DNA of 64,000 nucleotides from the NCBI GenBank assembly GCA_964016885.1, contig OZ024740.1, positions 7,874,001 through 7,938,000 of the forward strand, in the 5' to 3' direction. The DNA comes from Eledone cirrhosa (taxonomy: Eukaryota). The position numbers and the translations under genes were made by a program. The notes below the pieces were generated by a model. That model saw nothing but the letters and a program-made list of their open reading frames with translations. It did no database searches and was not told where the DNA came from. Below, one piece after another: positions 1 to 15,021 of the stretch (the stretch's first letter is position 1; each line of letters begins with the position of its first letter).

Positions 1-3000
1 TCTATTGGTATGTCAGTTTCTATTGGTATGTTAGTTTCTATTGGTATATCAGTTTTGATTGGTATATCAGTTTCGATTGGTATGTCAGTTTCGATTGGTA
101 TGTCAATTTCTATTGGTATATCAGTTTCGATTGGTATATCAGTTTCGATTGATATATCAGTTTCGATTAGTATGTCAGTTTCTAATGGTATGTCAGTTTC
201 GATTAGTATATCAGTTTCTATTGGTATGTCAGTTTCGATTGGTATGTCAGTTTCGATTGGTATATCAGTTTCGATTAGTATATCAGTTTCGATTGTTATA
301 TCAGTTTCGATTGGTATGTCAGTTTCTATTGGTATATCAGTTTCTATTGGTATGTGAGTTTCGATTGCTGTGTCAGTTTCGATTGGTATGTCAATTTCAA
401 TTGGTATATCAGTTTTGATTAGTATGTCAGTTTCTATTGGTATGTCAGTTTCGATTGGTATATCAGTTTCGATTGGTATGTCAGTTTCGATTAGTATATC
501 AGTTTCGATTGGTATGTCAGTTTCGATTGGTATATCAGTTTCGATTGGTATGTCAGTTTCGATTAGTATATCAGTTTCTATTGGTATATCAGTTTCTATT
601 GGTATGTCAGTTTCGATTGGTATATCAGTTTCGATTGGTATGTCAGTTTCGATTAGTATGTCAGTTTCTAATGGTATGTCAGTTTCGATTAATATATCAG
701 TTTCTATTGGTATGTCAGTTTCGATTGGTATGTCAGTTTCGATTGGTATATCAGTTTCGATTAGTATATCAGTTTCGATTGTTATATCAGTTTCGATTGG
801 TATGTCAGTTTCTATTGGTATATCAGTTTCTATTGGTATGTCAGTTTCGATTGGTGTGTCAGTTTCGATTGGTATCTCAATTTCGATTGGTATATCAGTT
901 ACGATTGGTATGTTAGTTACTATTGGTATATCAGTTTCGATTAGTATATCAGTTTCTATTGGTATGTCAGTTTCGATTGGTATGTCAGTTTCTATTGGTA
1001 TATCAGTTTCAAATGGTATGTCTGTTTCGATTAGTATATCAGTTTCTATATGTATATCAGTTTCAATTGTTATGTCAGTTTCTATTGGTATATCAGTTTC
1101 TATTGGTATGTCAGTTTCTATTTGTATATCAGTTTCAATTGGTATGTTAGTTTCTATTGGTAAGTCAGCTTTGATTAGTATATCAGTTACCATTGGTATC
1201 TCAGTTTCTATTGGTATGTCAGTTTCGATTGGTATATCAGTTTCGATTGGTATGTCAGTTTCGATTGGTATATCAGTTTCGATTGGTGTGTCAGTTTCGA
1301 TTAGTATATCAGTTTCTATTGGTATATCAGTTTCTATTGGTATGTCAGTTTTGATTGTTATATCAGTTTCGATTAGTATGTCAGTTTCGATTGGTATGTC
1401 AGTTTCGATTGGTATATCAGTTCCGATTGGTATGTCAGTTTCTATTGGTATGTCAGTTTCTATTGGTATGTTAGTTTCTATTGGTATATCAGTTTTGATT
1501 GGTATATCAGTTTCGATTGGTATGTCAGTTTCGATTGGTATGTCAATTTCTATTGGTATATCAGTTTCGATTGGTATATCAGTTTCGATTGATATATCAG
1601 TTTCGATTAGTATGTCAGTTTCTAATGGTATGTCAGTTTCGATTAGTATATCAGTTTCTATTGGTATGTCAGTTTCGATTGGTATGTCAGTTTCGATTGG
1701 TATATCAGTTTCGATTAGTATATCAGTTTCGATTGTTATATCAGTTTCGATTGGTATGTCAGTTTCTATTGGTATATCAGTTTCTATTGGTATGTGAGTT
1801 TCGATTGCTGTGTCAGTTTCGATTGGTATGTCAATTTCAATTGGTATATCAGTTTTGATTAGTATGTCAGTTTCTATTGGTATGTCAGTTTCGATTGGTA
1901 TATCAGTTTCGATTGGTATGTCAGTTTCGATTAGTATATCAGTTTCGATTGGTATGTCAGTTTCGATTGGTATATCAGTTTCGATTGGTATGTCAGTTTC
2001 GATTAGTATATCAGTTTCTATTGGTATATCAGTTTCTATTGGTATGTCAGTTTTGATTGGTATATCAGTTTCGATTAGTATGTCAGTTTCGATTGGTATG
2101 TCAGTTTCGATTGGTATATCAGTTTCGATAGGTATATCAGTATCTATTGGTATATCAGTTTCTATTGGTATATCAGTTTCTATTGGTATGTCAGTTTTGA
2201 TTGGTATATCAGTTTCGATTAGTATGTCAGTTTTGATTGGTATGTCAGTTTCGATTGGTATATCAGTTTCGATAGGTATATCAGTTTCGATTGGTATATC
2301 AGTTTCTGTTGGATTGTCAGTTTCGATTGGTATGTCAGTTTCTATTGGAATGTCAGTTTCGATTGTAATGTCAGTTTCGATTGGTATGTCAGTTTCTGTT
2401 GGTATATCAGTTTCGATTGATATATCAGTTTCGATTAGTATGTCAGTTTCTAACGGTATGTCAGTTTCGATTAGTATATCAGTTTCTATTGGTATGTCAG
2501 TTTCGATTGGTATGTCAGTTTCGATTGGTATATCAGTTTCGATTAGTATATCAGTTTCGATTGTTATATCAGTTACGATTGGTATGTCAGTTTCTATTGG
2601 TATATCAGTTTTGATTGGTATGTCAGTTTCTATTGGTATGTCAGTTTCTATTGGTATGTCAGTTTCTATTGGTATGTCAGTTTCTGTTTTGATTGGTATC
2701 TCAGATTCGATTGGTATGTCAGTTTCGATTGGTATGTCAGTTTCTATTCGTATATCAGTTTCTATTGGTATGACAGTTTCGATTGGTGTGTCAGTTTCGA
2801 TTGGTATGTCAATTTCAATTGGTATATCAGTTTTGATTAGTATGTCAGTTTCTAATGGTATGTCAGTTTCGATTAGTATATCAGTTTCTATTGGTATGTC
2901 AGTTTCGATTGGTATGTCAGTTTCGATTGGTATATCAGTTTCGATTAGTATATCAGTTTCGATTGTTATATCAGTTTCGATTGGTATGTCAGTTTCTATT

Positions 3001-6000
3001 GGTATATCAGTTTCTATTGGTATGTCAGTTTCGATTGCTGTGTCAGTTTCGATTGGTATGTCAATTTCAATTGGTATATCAGTTTTGATTAGTATGTCAG
3101 TTTCTATTGGTATGTCAGTTTCGATTGGTATATCAGTTTCGATTGGTATGTCAGTTTCGATTAGTATATCAGTTTCGATTGGTATGTCAGTTTCGATTGG
3201 TATATCAGTTTCGATTGGTATGTCAGTTTCGATTAGTATATCAGTTTCTATTGGTATATCAGTTTCTATTGGTATGTCAGTTTTGATTGGTATATCAGTT
3301 TCGATTAGTATGTCAGTTTCGATTGGTATGTCAGTTTCGATTGGTATATCAGTTTCGATAGGTATATCAGTTTCGATTGGTATATCAGTTTCTATTGGTA
3401 TATCAGTTTCTATTGGTATGTCAGTTTTGATTGGTATATCAGTTTCGATTAGTATGTCAGTTTCGATTGGTATGTCAGTTTCGATTGGTATATCAGTTTC
3501 GATAGGTATATCAGTTTCGATTGGTATATCAGTTTCTGTTGGATTGTCAGTTTCGATTGGTATGTCAGTTTCTATTGGAATGTCAGTTTCGATTGGAATG
3601 TCAGTTTCGATTGGTATATCAGTTTCGATTAGTATATCAGTTTCGATTGTTATATCAGTTACGATTGGTATGTCAGTTTCTATTGGTATATCAGTTTTGA
3701 TTGGTATGTCAGTTTCTATTGGTATGTCAGTTTCTATTGGTATGTCAGTTTCTATTGGTATGTCAGTTTCTGTTTTGATTGGTATATCAGTTTCGATTGG
3801 TATGTCAGTTTCTATTGGTATATCAGTTTCTATTGGTATGTCAGTTTCGATTGGTATGTCAGTTTCGATTGGTATGTCAATTTCGATTGGTATATCAGTT
3901 TCGATTAGTATGTCAGTTTCTATTGGTATGTCAGTTTCTATTGGTATATCTGTTTCGATTGGTATGTCAGTTTCCATTGGTAGATCAGTTACGATTGGCA
4001 TGTTAGTTACTATTGGTATATCAGTTTTGATTAGTATATCAGTTTCCACTGGTATGTAAGTTTCGATAGGTATGTAAGTCCTCGATTGGTATGTCAGTTT
4101 CGATTGTTATGTCAGTGTCGATTGGTATATCAGTTTCGATTGGTATGTCCGTTTGGATTGGTATGTCAGTTTCGATTGGTATGTCAGTTTTGATTGGTAT
4201 ATCAGTTTCCATTGGTATATCAGTTTCAATTAGTATGTCAGTTTCGATTGGTATATCAGTTTCGATTAGTATATAAGTTACTATTGGTATGTCAGTTTCG
4301 ATTGGTATGTCAGATTCTATTGGTATATCAGTTTCGATTTGTATTTCAGTTTCGATTGGTATATCAGTTTCTATTGCTATATCACTTTCTATTGGTATAT
4401 CAGTTTTCGATTAGTATGTCAGTTTCGATTGGTATGTCAGTTTCGATTGGTATATCAGTTTTGATAGGTATATCAGTTTCGATTGGTATGTCAGTTTTGA
4501 TTGGTATAACAGTTTCTATTGCTATATCAGTTTCTGTTGGATTGTCATTTTCGATTGCTATGTCAGTTTCGATTGGTATGTCAGTTTCTATTGGTATATC
4601 AGTTTCGATTGATATATCAGTTTCGATTGGTATGTCAGTTTCGATTGGTATGTCAGTTTCTATTGGTATATCAGTTTCTATTGGTATGTCAGTTTCGATT
4701 GCTGTGTCAGTTTCGATTGGTATGTCAATTTCAATTGGTATATTAGTTTTGATTAGTATGTCAGTTTCTATTGGTATGTCAGTTTCGATTGGTATATCAG
4801 TTTCGATTGGTATGTCAGTTTCGATTAGTATATCAGTTTCGATTGGTATGTCAGTTTCGATTGGTATATCAGTTTCGATTGGTATGTCAGTTTCGATTAG
4901 TATATCAGTTTCTATTGGTATATCAGTTTCTATTGGTATGTCAGTTTTGATTGGTATATCAGTTTCGATTAGTATGTCAGTTTCGATTGGTATGTCAGTT
5001 TCGATTGGTATATCAGTTTCGATAGGTATATCAGTTTCGATTGGTATATCAGTTTCTATTGGTATATCAGTTTCTATTGGTATGTCAGTTTTGATTGGTA
5101 TATCAGTTTCGATTAGTATGTCAGTTTCGATTGGTATGTCAGTTTCGATTGGTATATCAGTTTCGATAGGTATATCAGTTTCGATTGGTATATCAGTTTC
5201 TGTTGGATTGTCAGTTTCGATTGGTATGTCAGTTTCTATTGGAATGTCAGTTTCGATTGGAATGTCAGTTTCGATTGGTATATCTGTTTCGATTAGTATA
5301 TTAGTTTCGATTGTTATATCAGTTACGATTGGTATGTCAGTTTCTATTGGTATATCAGTTTCTATTGGTATGTCAGTTTTGATTGGTATATCAGTTTCGA
5401 TTAGTATGTCAGTTTCGATTGGTATGTCAGTTTCGATTGGTATATCAGTTTCGATAGGTATATCAGTTTCGATTGGTATATCAGTTTCTGTTGGATTGTC
5501 AGTTTCGATTGGTATGTCAGTTTCTATTGGAATGTCAGTTTCGATTGGAATGTCAGTTTCGATTGGTATGTCAGTTTCTGTTGGTATATCAGTTTCGATT
5601 GATATATCAGTTTCGATTAGTATGTCAGTTTCTAACGGTATGTCAGTTTCGATTAGTATATCAGTTTCTATTGGTATGTCAGTTTCGATTGGTATGTCAG
5701 TTTCGATTGGTATATCAGTTTCGATTAGTATATCAGTTTCGATTGTTATATCAGTTACGATTGGTATGTCAGTTTCTATTGGTATATCAGTTTCGATTGG
5801 TATGTCAGTTTCTATTGGTATGTCAGTTTCTATTGGTATGTCAGTTTCTATTGGTATGTCAGTTTCTGTTTTGATTGGTATCTCAGATTCGATTGGTATG
5901 TCAGTTTCGATTGGTATGTCAGTTTCTATTCGTATATCAGTTTCTATTGGTATGACAGTTTCGATTGGTGTGTCAGTTTCGATTGGTATGTCAATTTCAA

Positions 6001-9000
6001 TTGGTATATCAGTTTTGATTAGTATGTCAGTTTCTAATGGTATGTCAGTTTCGATTAGTATATCAGTTTCTATTGGTATGTCAGTTTCGATTGGTATGTC
6101 AGTTTCGATTGGTATATCAGTTTCGATTAGTATATCAGTTTCGATTGTTATATCAGTTTCGATTGGTATATCAGTTTCTATTGGTATATCAGTTTCTATT
6201 GGTATGTCAGTTTCGATTGCTGTGTCAGTTTCGATTGGTATGTCAATTTCAATTGGTATATCAGTTTTGATTAGTATGTCAGTTTCTATTGGTATGTCAG
6301 TTTCGATTGGTATATCAGTTTCGATTGGTATGTCAGTTTCGATTAGTATATCAGTTTCGATTGGTATGTCAGTTTCGATTGCTATATCAGTTTCGATTGG
6401 TATGTCAGTTTCGATTAGTATATCAGTTTCTATTGGTATATCAGTTTCTATTGGTATGTCAGTTTTGATTGGTATATCAGTTTCGATTAGTATGTCAGTT
6501 TCGATTGGTATGTCAGTTTCGATTGGTATATCAGTTTCGATAGGTATATCAGTTTCGATTGGTATATCAGTTTCTATTGGTATATCAGTTTCTATTGGTA
6601 TGTCAGTTTTGATTGGTATATCAGTTTCGATTAGTATGTCAGTTTCGATTGTTATGTCAGTTTCGATTGGTATATCAGTTTCGATAGGTATATCAGTTTC
6701 GATTGGTATATCAGTTTCTGTTGGATTGTCAGTTTCGATTGGTATGTCAGTTTCTATTGGAATGTCAGTTTCGATTGGAATGTCAGTTTCGATTGGTATA
6801 TCAGTTTCGATTAGTATATCAGTTTCGATTGTTATATCAGTTTCGATTGGTATGTCAGTTTCTATTGGTATATCAGTTTTGATTGGTATGTCAGTTTCTA
6901 TTGGTATGTCAGTTTCTATTGGTATGTCAGTTTCTATTGGTATGTCAGTTTCTGTTTTGATTGGTATATCAGTTTCGATTGGTATGTCAGTTTCTATTGG
7001 TATATCAGTTTCTATTGGTATGTCAGTTTCGATTGGTATGTCAGTTTCGATTGGTATGTCAATTTCGATTGGTATATCAGTTTCGATTAGTATGTCAGTT
7101 TCTATTGGTATGTCAGTTTCTATTGGTATATCTGTTTCGATTGGTATGTCAGTTTCCATTGGTAGATCAGTTACGATTGGCATGTTAGTTACTATTGGTA
7201 TATCAGTTTTGATTAGTATATCAGTTTCTACTGGTATGTAAGTTTCGATAGGTATGTTAGTCCTCGATTGGTATGTCAGTTTCGATTGTTATGTCAGTGT
7301 CGATTGGTATATCAGTTTCGATTGGTATGTCCGTTTGGATTGGTATGTCAGTTTCGATTGGTATGTCAGTTTTGATTGGTATATCAGTTTCCATTGGTAT
7401 ATCAGTTTCAATTAGTATGTCAGTTTCGATTGGTATATCAGTTTCGATTAGTATATAAGTTACTATTGGTATGTCAGTTTCGATTGGTATGTCAGATTCT
7501 ATTGGTATATCAGTTTCGATTTGTATTTCAGTTTCGATTGGTATATCAGTTTCTATTGCTATATCACTTTCTATTGGTATATCAGTTTTCGATTAGTATG
7601 TCAGTTTCGATTGGTATGTCAGTTTCGATTGGTATATCAGTTTTGATAGGTATATCAGTTTCGATTGGTATGTCAGTTTTGATTGGTATAACAGTTTCTA
7701 TTGCTATATCAGTTTCTGTTGGATTGTCATTTTCGATTGCTATGTCAGTTTCGATTGGTATGTCAGTTTCTATTGGTATATCAGTTTCGATTGATATATC
7801 AGTTTCGATTGGTATGTCAGTTTCGATTGGTATGTCAGTTTCTATTGGTATATCAGTTTCTATTGGTATGTCAGTTTCGATTGCTGTGTCAGTTTCGATT
7901 GGTATGTCAATTTCAATTGGTATATTAGTTTTGATTAGTATGTCAGTTTCTATTGGTATGTCAGTTTCGATTGGTATATCAGTTTCGATTGGTATGTCAG
8001 TTTCGATTAGTTTATCAGTTTCGATTGGTATGTCAGTTTCGATTGGTATATCAGTTTCGATTGGTATGTCAGTTTCGATTAGTATATCAGTTTCTATTGG
8101 TATATCAGTTTCTATTGGTATGTCAGTTTTGATTGGTATATCAGTTTCGATTAGTATGTCAGTTTCGATTGGTATGTCAGTTTCGATTGGTATATCAGTT
8201 TCGATAGGTATATCAGTTTCGATTGGTATATCAGTTTCTATTGGTATATCAGTTTCTATTGGTATGTCAGTTTTGATTGGTATATCAGTTTCGATTAGTA
8301 TGTCAGTTTCGATTGGTATGTCAGTTTCGATTGGTATATCAGTTTCGATAGGTATATCAGTTTCGATTGGTATATCAGTTTATGTTGGATTGTCAGTTTC
8401 GATTGGTATGTCAGTTTCTATTGGAATGTCAGTTTCGATTGGAATGTCAGTTTCGATTGGTATGTCAGTTTCTGTTGGTATATCAGTTTCGATTGATATA
8501 TCAGTTTCGATTAGTATGTCAGTTTCTAACGGTATGTCAGTTTCGATTAGTATATCAGTTTCTATTGGTATGTCAGTTTCGATTGGTATGTCAGTTTCGA
8601 TTGGTATATCAGTTTCGATTAGTATATCAGTTTCGATTGTTATATCAGTTACGATTGGTATGTCAGTTTCTATTGGTATATCAGTTTTGATTGGTATGTC
8701 AGTTTCTATTGGTATGTCAGTTTCTATTGGTATGTCAGTTTCTATTGGTATGTCAGTTTCTGTTTTGATTGGTATCTCAGATTCGATTGGTATGTCAGTT
8801 TCGATTGGTATGTCAGTTTCTATTCGTATATCAGTTTCTATTGGTATGACAGTTTCGATTGGTGTGTCAGTTTCGATTGGTATGTCAATTTCAATTGGTA
8901 TATCAGTTTTGATTAGTATGTCAGTTTCTAATGGTATGTCAGTTTCGATTAGTATATCAGTTTCTATTGGTATGTCAGTTTCGATTGGTATGTCAGTTTC

Positions 9001-12000
9001 GATTGGTATATCAGTTTCGATTAGTATATCAGTTTCGATTGTTATATCAGTTTCGATTGGTATGTCAGTTTCTATTGGTATATCAGTTTCTATTGGTATG
9101 TCAGTTTCGATTGCTGTGTCAGTTTCGATTGGTATGTCAATTTCAATTGGTATATCAGTTTTGATTAGTATGTCAGTTTCTAATGGTATGTCAGTTTCGA
9201 TTAGTATATCAGTTTCTATTGGTATGTCAGTTTCGATTGGTATGTCAGTTTCGATTGGTATATCAGTTTCGATTGGTATGTCAGTTTCGATTAGTATATC
9301 AGTTTCGATTGGTATGTCAGTTTCGATTGGTATATCAGTTTCGATTGGTATGTCAGTTTCGATTAGTATATCAGTTTCTATTGGTATATCAGTTTCTATT
9401 GGTATGTCAGTTTTGATTGGTATATCAGTTTCGATTAGTATGTCAGTTTCGCTTGGTATGTCAGTTTCGATTGGTATATCAGTTTCGATAGGTATATCAG
9501 TTTCGATTGGTATGTCAATTTCAATTGGTATATTAGTTTTGATTAGTATGTCAGTTTCTATTGGTATGTCAGTTTCGATTGGTATATCAGTTTCGATTGG
9601 TATGTCAGTTTCGATTAGTTTATCAGTTTCGATTGGTATGTCAGTTTCGATTGGTATATCAGTTTCGATTGGTATGTCAGTTTCGATTAGTATATCAGTT
9701 TCTATTGGTATATCAGTTTCTATTGGTATGTCAGTTTTGATTGGTATATCAGTTTCGATTAGTATGTCAGTTTCGATTGGTATGTCAGTTTCGATTGGTA
9801 TATCAGTTTCGATAGGTATATCAGTTTCGATTGGTATATCAGTTTCTATTGGTATATCAGTTTCTATTGGTATGTCAGTTTTGATTGGTATATCAGTTTC
9901 GATTAGTATGTCAGTTTCGATTGGTATGTCAGTTTCGATTGGTATATCAGTTTCGATAGGTATATCAGTTTCGATTGGTATATCAGTTTATGTTGGATTG
10001 TCAGTTTCGATTGGTATGTCAGTTTCTATTGGAATGTCAGTTTCGATTGGAATGTCAGTTTCGATTGGTATGTCAGTTTCTGTTGGTATATCAGTTTCGA
10101 TTGATATATCAGTTTCGATTAGTATGTCAGTTTCTAACGGTATGTCAGTTTCGATTAGTATATCAGTTTCTATTGGTATGTCAGTTTCGATTGGTATGTC
10201 AGTTTCGATTGGTATATCAGTTTCGATTAGTATATCAGTTTCGATTGTTATATCAGTTACGATTGGTATGTCAGTTTCTATTGGTATATCAGTTTTGATT
10301 GGTATGTCAGTTTCTATTGGTATGTCAGTTTCTATTGGTATGTCAGTTTCTATTGGTATGTCAGTTTCTGTTTTGATTGGTATCTCAGATTCGATTGGTA
10401 TGTCAGTTTCGATTGGTATGTCAGTTTCTATTCGTATATCAGTTTCTATTGGTATGACAGTTTCGATTGGTGTGTCAGTTTCGATTGGTATGTCAATTTC
10501 AATTGGTATATCAGTTTTGATTAGTATGTCAGTTTCTAATGGTATGTCAGTTTCGATTAGTATATCAGTTTCTATTGGTATGTCAGTTTCGATTGGTATG
10601 TCAGTTTCGATTGGTATATCAGTTTCGATTAGTATATCAGTTTCGATTGTTATATCAGTTTCGATTGGTATGTCAGTTTCTATTGGTATATCAGTTTCTA
10701 TTGGTATGTCAGTTTCGATTGCTGTGTCAGTTTCGATTGGTATGTCAATTTCAATTGGTATATCAGTTTTGATTAGTATGTCAGTTTCTAATGGTATGTC
10801 AGTTTCGATTAGTATATCAGTTTCTATTGGTATGTCAGTTTCGATTGGTATGTCAGTTTCGATTGGTATATCAGTTTCGATTGGTATGTCAGTTTCGATT
10901 AGTATATCAGTTTCGATTGGTATGTCAGTTTCGATTGGTATATCAGTTTCGATTGGTATGTCAGTCTCGATTAGTATATCAGTTTCTATTGGTATATCAG
11001 TTTCTATTGGTATGTCAGTTTTGATTGGTATATCAGTTTCGATTAGTATGTCAGTTTCGCTTGGTATGTCAGTTTCGATTGGTATATCAGTTTCGATAGG
11101 TATATCAGTTTCGATTGGTATATCAGTTTCTATTGGTATATCAGTTTCTATTGGTATGTCAGTTTTGATTGGTATATCAGTTTCGATTAGTATGTCAGTT
11201 TCGATTGGTATGTCAGTTTCGATTGGTATATCAGTTTCGATAGGTATATCAGTTTCGATTGGTATATCAGTTTCTGTTGGATTGTCAGTTTCGATTGGTA
11301 TGTCAGTTTCTATTGGAATGTCAGTTTCGATTGGAATGTCAGTTTCGATTGGTATATCAGTTTCGATTAGTATATCAGTTTCGATTGTTATATCAGTTAC
11401 GATTGGTATGTCAGTTTCTATTGGTATATCAGTTTTGATTGGTATGTCAGTTTCTATTGGTATGTCAGTTTCTATTGGTATGTCAGTTTCTATTGGTATG
11501 TCAGTTTCTGTTTTGATTGGTATATCAGTTTCGATTGGTATGTCAGTTTCTATTGGTATATCAGTTTCTATTGGTATGTCAGTTTCGATTGGTATGTCAG
11601 TTTCGATTGGTATGTCAATTTCGATTGGTATATCAGTTTCGATTAGTATGTCAGTTTCTATTGGTATGTCAGTTTCTATTGGTATATCTGTTTCGATTGG
11701 TATGTCAGTTTCCATTGGTAGATCAGTTACGATTGGCATGTTAGTTACTATTGGTATATCAGTTTTGATTAGTATATCAGTTTCTACTGGTATGTAAGTT
11801 TCGATAGGTATGTTAGTCCTCGATTGGTATGTCAGTTTCGATTGTTATGTCAGTGTCGATTGGTATATCAGTTTCGATTGGTATGTCCGTTTGGATTGGT
11901 ATGTCAGTTTCGATTGGTATGTCAGTTTTGATTGGTATATCAGTTTCCATTGGTATATCAGTTTCAATTAGTATGTCAGTTTCGATTGGTATATCAGTTT

Positions 12001-15000
12001 CGATTAGTATATAAGTTACTATTGGTATGTCAGTTTCGATTGGTATGTCAGATTCTATTGGTATATCAGTTTCGATTTGTATTTCAGTTTCGATTGGTAT
12101 ATCAGTTTCTATTGCTATATCACTTTCTATTGGTATATCAGTTTTCGATTAGTATGTCAGTTTCGATTGGTATGTCAGTTTCGATTGGTATATCAGTTTT
12201 GATAGGTATATCAGTTTCGATTGGTATGTCAGTTTTGATTGGTATAACAGTTTCTATTGCTATATCAGTTTCTGTTGGATTGTCATTTTCGATTGCTATG
12301 TCAGTTTCGATTGGTATGTCAGTTTCTATTGGTATATCAGTTTCGATTGATATATCAGTTTCGATTGGTATGTCAGTTTCGATTGGTATGTCAGTTTCTA
12401 TTGGTATATCAGTTTCTATTGGTATGTCAGTTTCGATTGCTGTGTCAGTTTCGATTGGTATGTCAATTTCAATTGGTATATTAGTTTTGATTAGTATGTC
12501 AGTTTCTATTGGTATGTCAGTTTCGATTGGTATATCAGTTTCGATTGGTATGTCAGTTTCGATTAGTATATCAGTTTCGATTGGTATGTCAGTTTCGATT
12601 GGTATATCAGTTTCGATTGGTATGTCAGTTTCGATTAGTATATCAGTTTCTATTGGTATATCAGTTTCTATTGGTATGTCAGTTTTGATTGGTATATCAG
12701 TTTCGATTAGTATGTCAGTTTCGATTGGTATGTCAGTTTCGATTGGTATATCAGTTTCGATAGGTATATCAGTTTCGATTGGTATATCAGTTTCTATTGG
12801 TATATCAGTTTCTATTGGTATGTCAGTTTTGATTGGTATATCAGTTTCGATTAGTATGTCAGTTTCGATTGGTATGTCAGTTTCGATTGGTATATCAGTT
12901 TCGATAGGTATATCAGTTTCGATTGGTATATCAGTTTCTGTTGGATTGTCAGTTTCGATTGGTATGTCAGTTTCTATTGGAATGTCAGTTTCGATTGGAA
13001 TGTCAGTTTCGATTGGTATATCAGTTTCGATTAGTATATCAGTTTCGATTGTTATATCAGTTACGATTGGTATGTCAGTTTCTATTGGTATATCAGTTTT
13101 GATTGGTATGTCAGTTTCTATTGGTATGTCAGTTTCTATTGGTATGTCAGTTTCTATTGGTATGTCAGTTTCTGTTTTGATTGGTATATCAGTTTCGATT
13201 GGTATGTCAGTTTCTATTGGTATATCAGTTTCTATCGGTATGTCAGTTTCGATTGGTATGTCAGTTTCGATTGGTATGTCAATTTCGATTGGTATATCAG
13301 TTTCGATTAGTATGTCAGTTTCTATTGGTATGTCAGTTTCTATTGGTATATCTGTTTCGATTGGTATGTCAGTTTCCATTGGTAGATCAGTTACGATTGG
13401 CATGTTAGTTACTATTGGTATATCAGTTTTGATTAGTATATCAGTTTCTACTGGTATGTAAGTTTCGATAGGTATGTTAGTCCTCGATTGGTATGTCAGT
13501 TTCGATTGTTATGTCAGTGTCGATTGGTATATCAGTTTCGATTGGTATGTCCGTTTGGATTGGTATGTCAGTTTCGATTGGTATGTCAGTTTTGATTGCT
13601 ATATCAGTTTCCATTGGTATATCAGTTTCAATTAGTATGTCAGTTTCGATTGGTATATCAGTTTCGATTAGTATATAAGTTACTATTGGTATGTCAGTTT
13701 CGATTGGTATGTCAGATTCTATTGGTATATCAGTTTCGATTTGTATTTCAGTTTCGATTGGTATATCAGTTTCTATTGCTATATCACTTTCTATTGGTAT
13801 ATCAGTTTTCGATTAGTATGTCAGTTTCGATTGGTATGTCAGTTTCGATTGGTATATCAGTTTTGATAGGTATATCAGTTTCGATTGGTATGTCAGTTTT
13901 GATTGGTATAACAGTTTCTATTGCTATATCAGTTTCTGTTGGATTGTCATTTTCGATTGCTATGTCAGTTTCGATTGGTATGTCAGTTTCTATTGGTATA
14001 TCAGTTTCGATTGATATATCAGTTTCGATTGCTATGTCAGTTTCGATTGGTATGTCAGTTTCTATTGGTATATCAGTTTCTATTGGTATGTCAGTTTCGA
14101 TTGGTGTGTCAGTTTCGATTGGTATGTCAATTTCAATTGGTATATCAGTTTTGATTAGTATGTCAGTTTCTAATGGTATGTCAGTTTCGATTAGTATATC
14201 AGTTTCTATTGGTATGTCAGTTTTGATAGGTATGTTATTCCTCGATTTGTATGTCTGTTTCTATTGGTATGTCAGTTTCGATTGGTATGTCAGTTTCTAT
14301 TGGTATATCAGTTTCGAATGGTATGTCTGTTTCGATTAGTATATCAGTTTCTATAAGTATATCAGTTTCAATTGTTATGTCAGTTTCTATTGGTATATCA
14401 GTTTCTATTGGTATGTCAGTTTCGATTGGTATGTCAGTTTCGATTGGTATGTCAATTTCGATTGGTATATCAGTTTCGATTAGTATGTCAGTTTCTATTG
14501 GTATATCTGTTTCGATTGGTAGGTCAGTTTCTATTGGTAGATCAGTTACGATTGGCATGTTATATACTATTGGTATATCAGTTTTGATTAGTATATCAGT
14601 TTCTATTGGTATGTAAGTTTCGATAGGTATGTTAGGCCTCGATTGGTATGTCAGTTTCGATTGTTATGTCAGTGTCGATTGGTATATCAGTTTCGATTGG
14701 TATGTCAGTTTGGATTGGTATGTCAGTTTGGATTGGTATGTCAGTTTCGATTGGTATATCAGTTTCCATTGGTATATCAGTTTCAATTAGTATGTCAGTT
14801 TCGATTGGTATGTCAGTTTCGATTAGTATATCAGTTTCTATTGGTATGTCAGTTTGGATTGGTATATCAGTTTCGATTAGTATGTCAGTTTCGATTGGTA
14901 TGTCTGTTTCGATTGGTATATCAGTTTTGATAGGTATATCAGTTTCGATTGGTATGTCAGTTTTGATTGGTATAACAGTTTCTAATGCTATATCAGTTTC

Positions 15001-15021
15001 TGTTGGATTGTCAGTTTCGAT
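1..15021 (+). repeat. 18-bp tandem satellite array (block 1), consensus TCAGTTTC[G/T]ATTGGTAT[G/A], with near-identical higher-order repeats
   Basis: Continuous 18-bp periodicity. Variant strings recur at offsets of 1440 (1 vs 1441), 3182 (4194 vs 7376), 1608 (8367 vs 9975), 4556 (7376 vs 11932) and 1664 (11932 vs 13596). Confidence 0.98.

Noticed and set aside
10-14616. Very long ORFs (MSVSIG..., IETDIP..., VCQFRL..., up to 1473 aa) here and throughout the satellite
   Set aside because: The 18-bp monomer is a multiple of 3 and lacks stops in most frames on both strands; frames are broken by recurrent 19-bp monomers; there are no unique termini. These are satellite artefacts.
1-15021. Telomeric repeat interpretation
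   Set aside because: No TTAGGG/TTAGG tracts; heterogeneous monomers, HORs and an internal inversion fit a recombination-maintained satellite.
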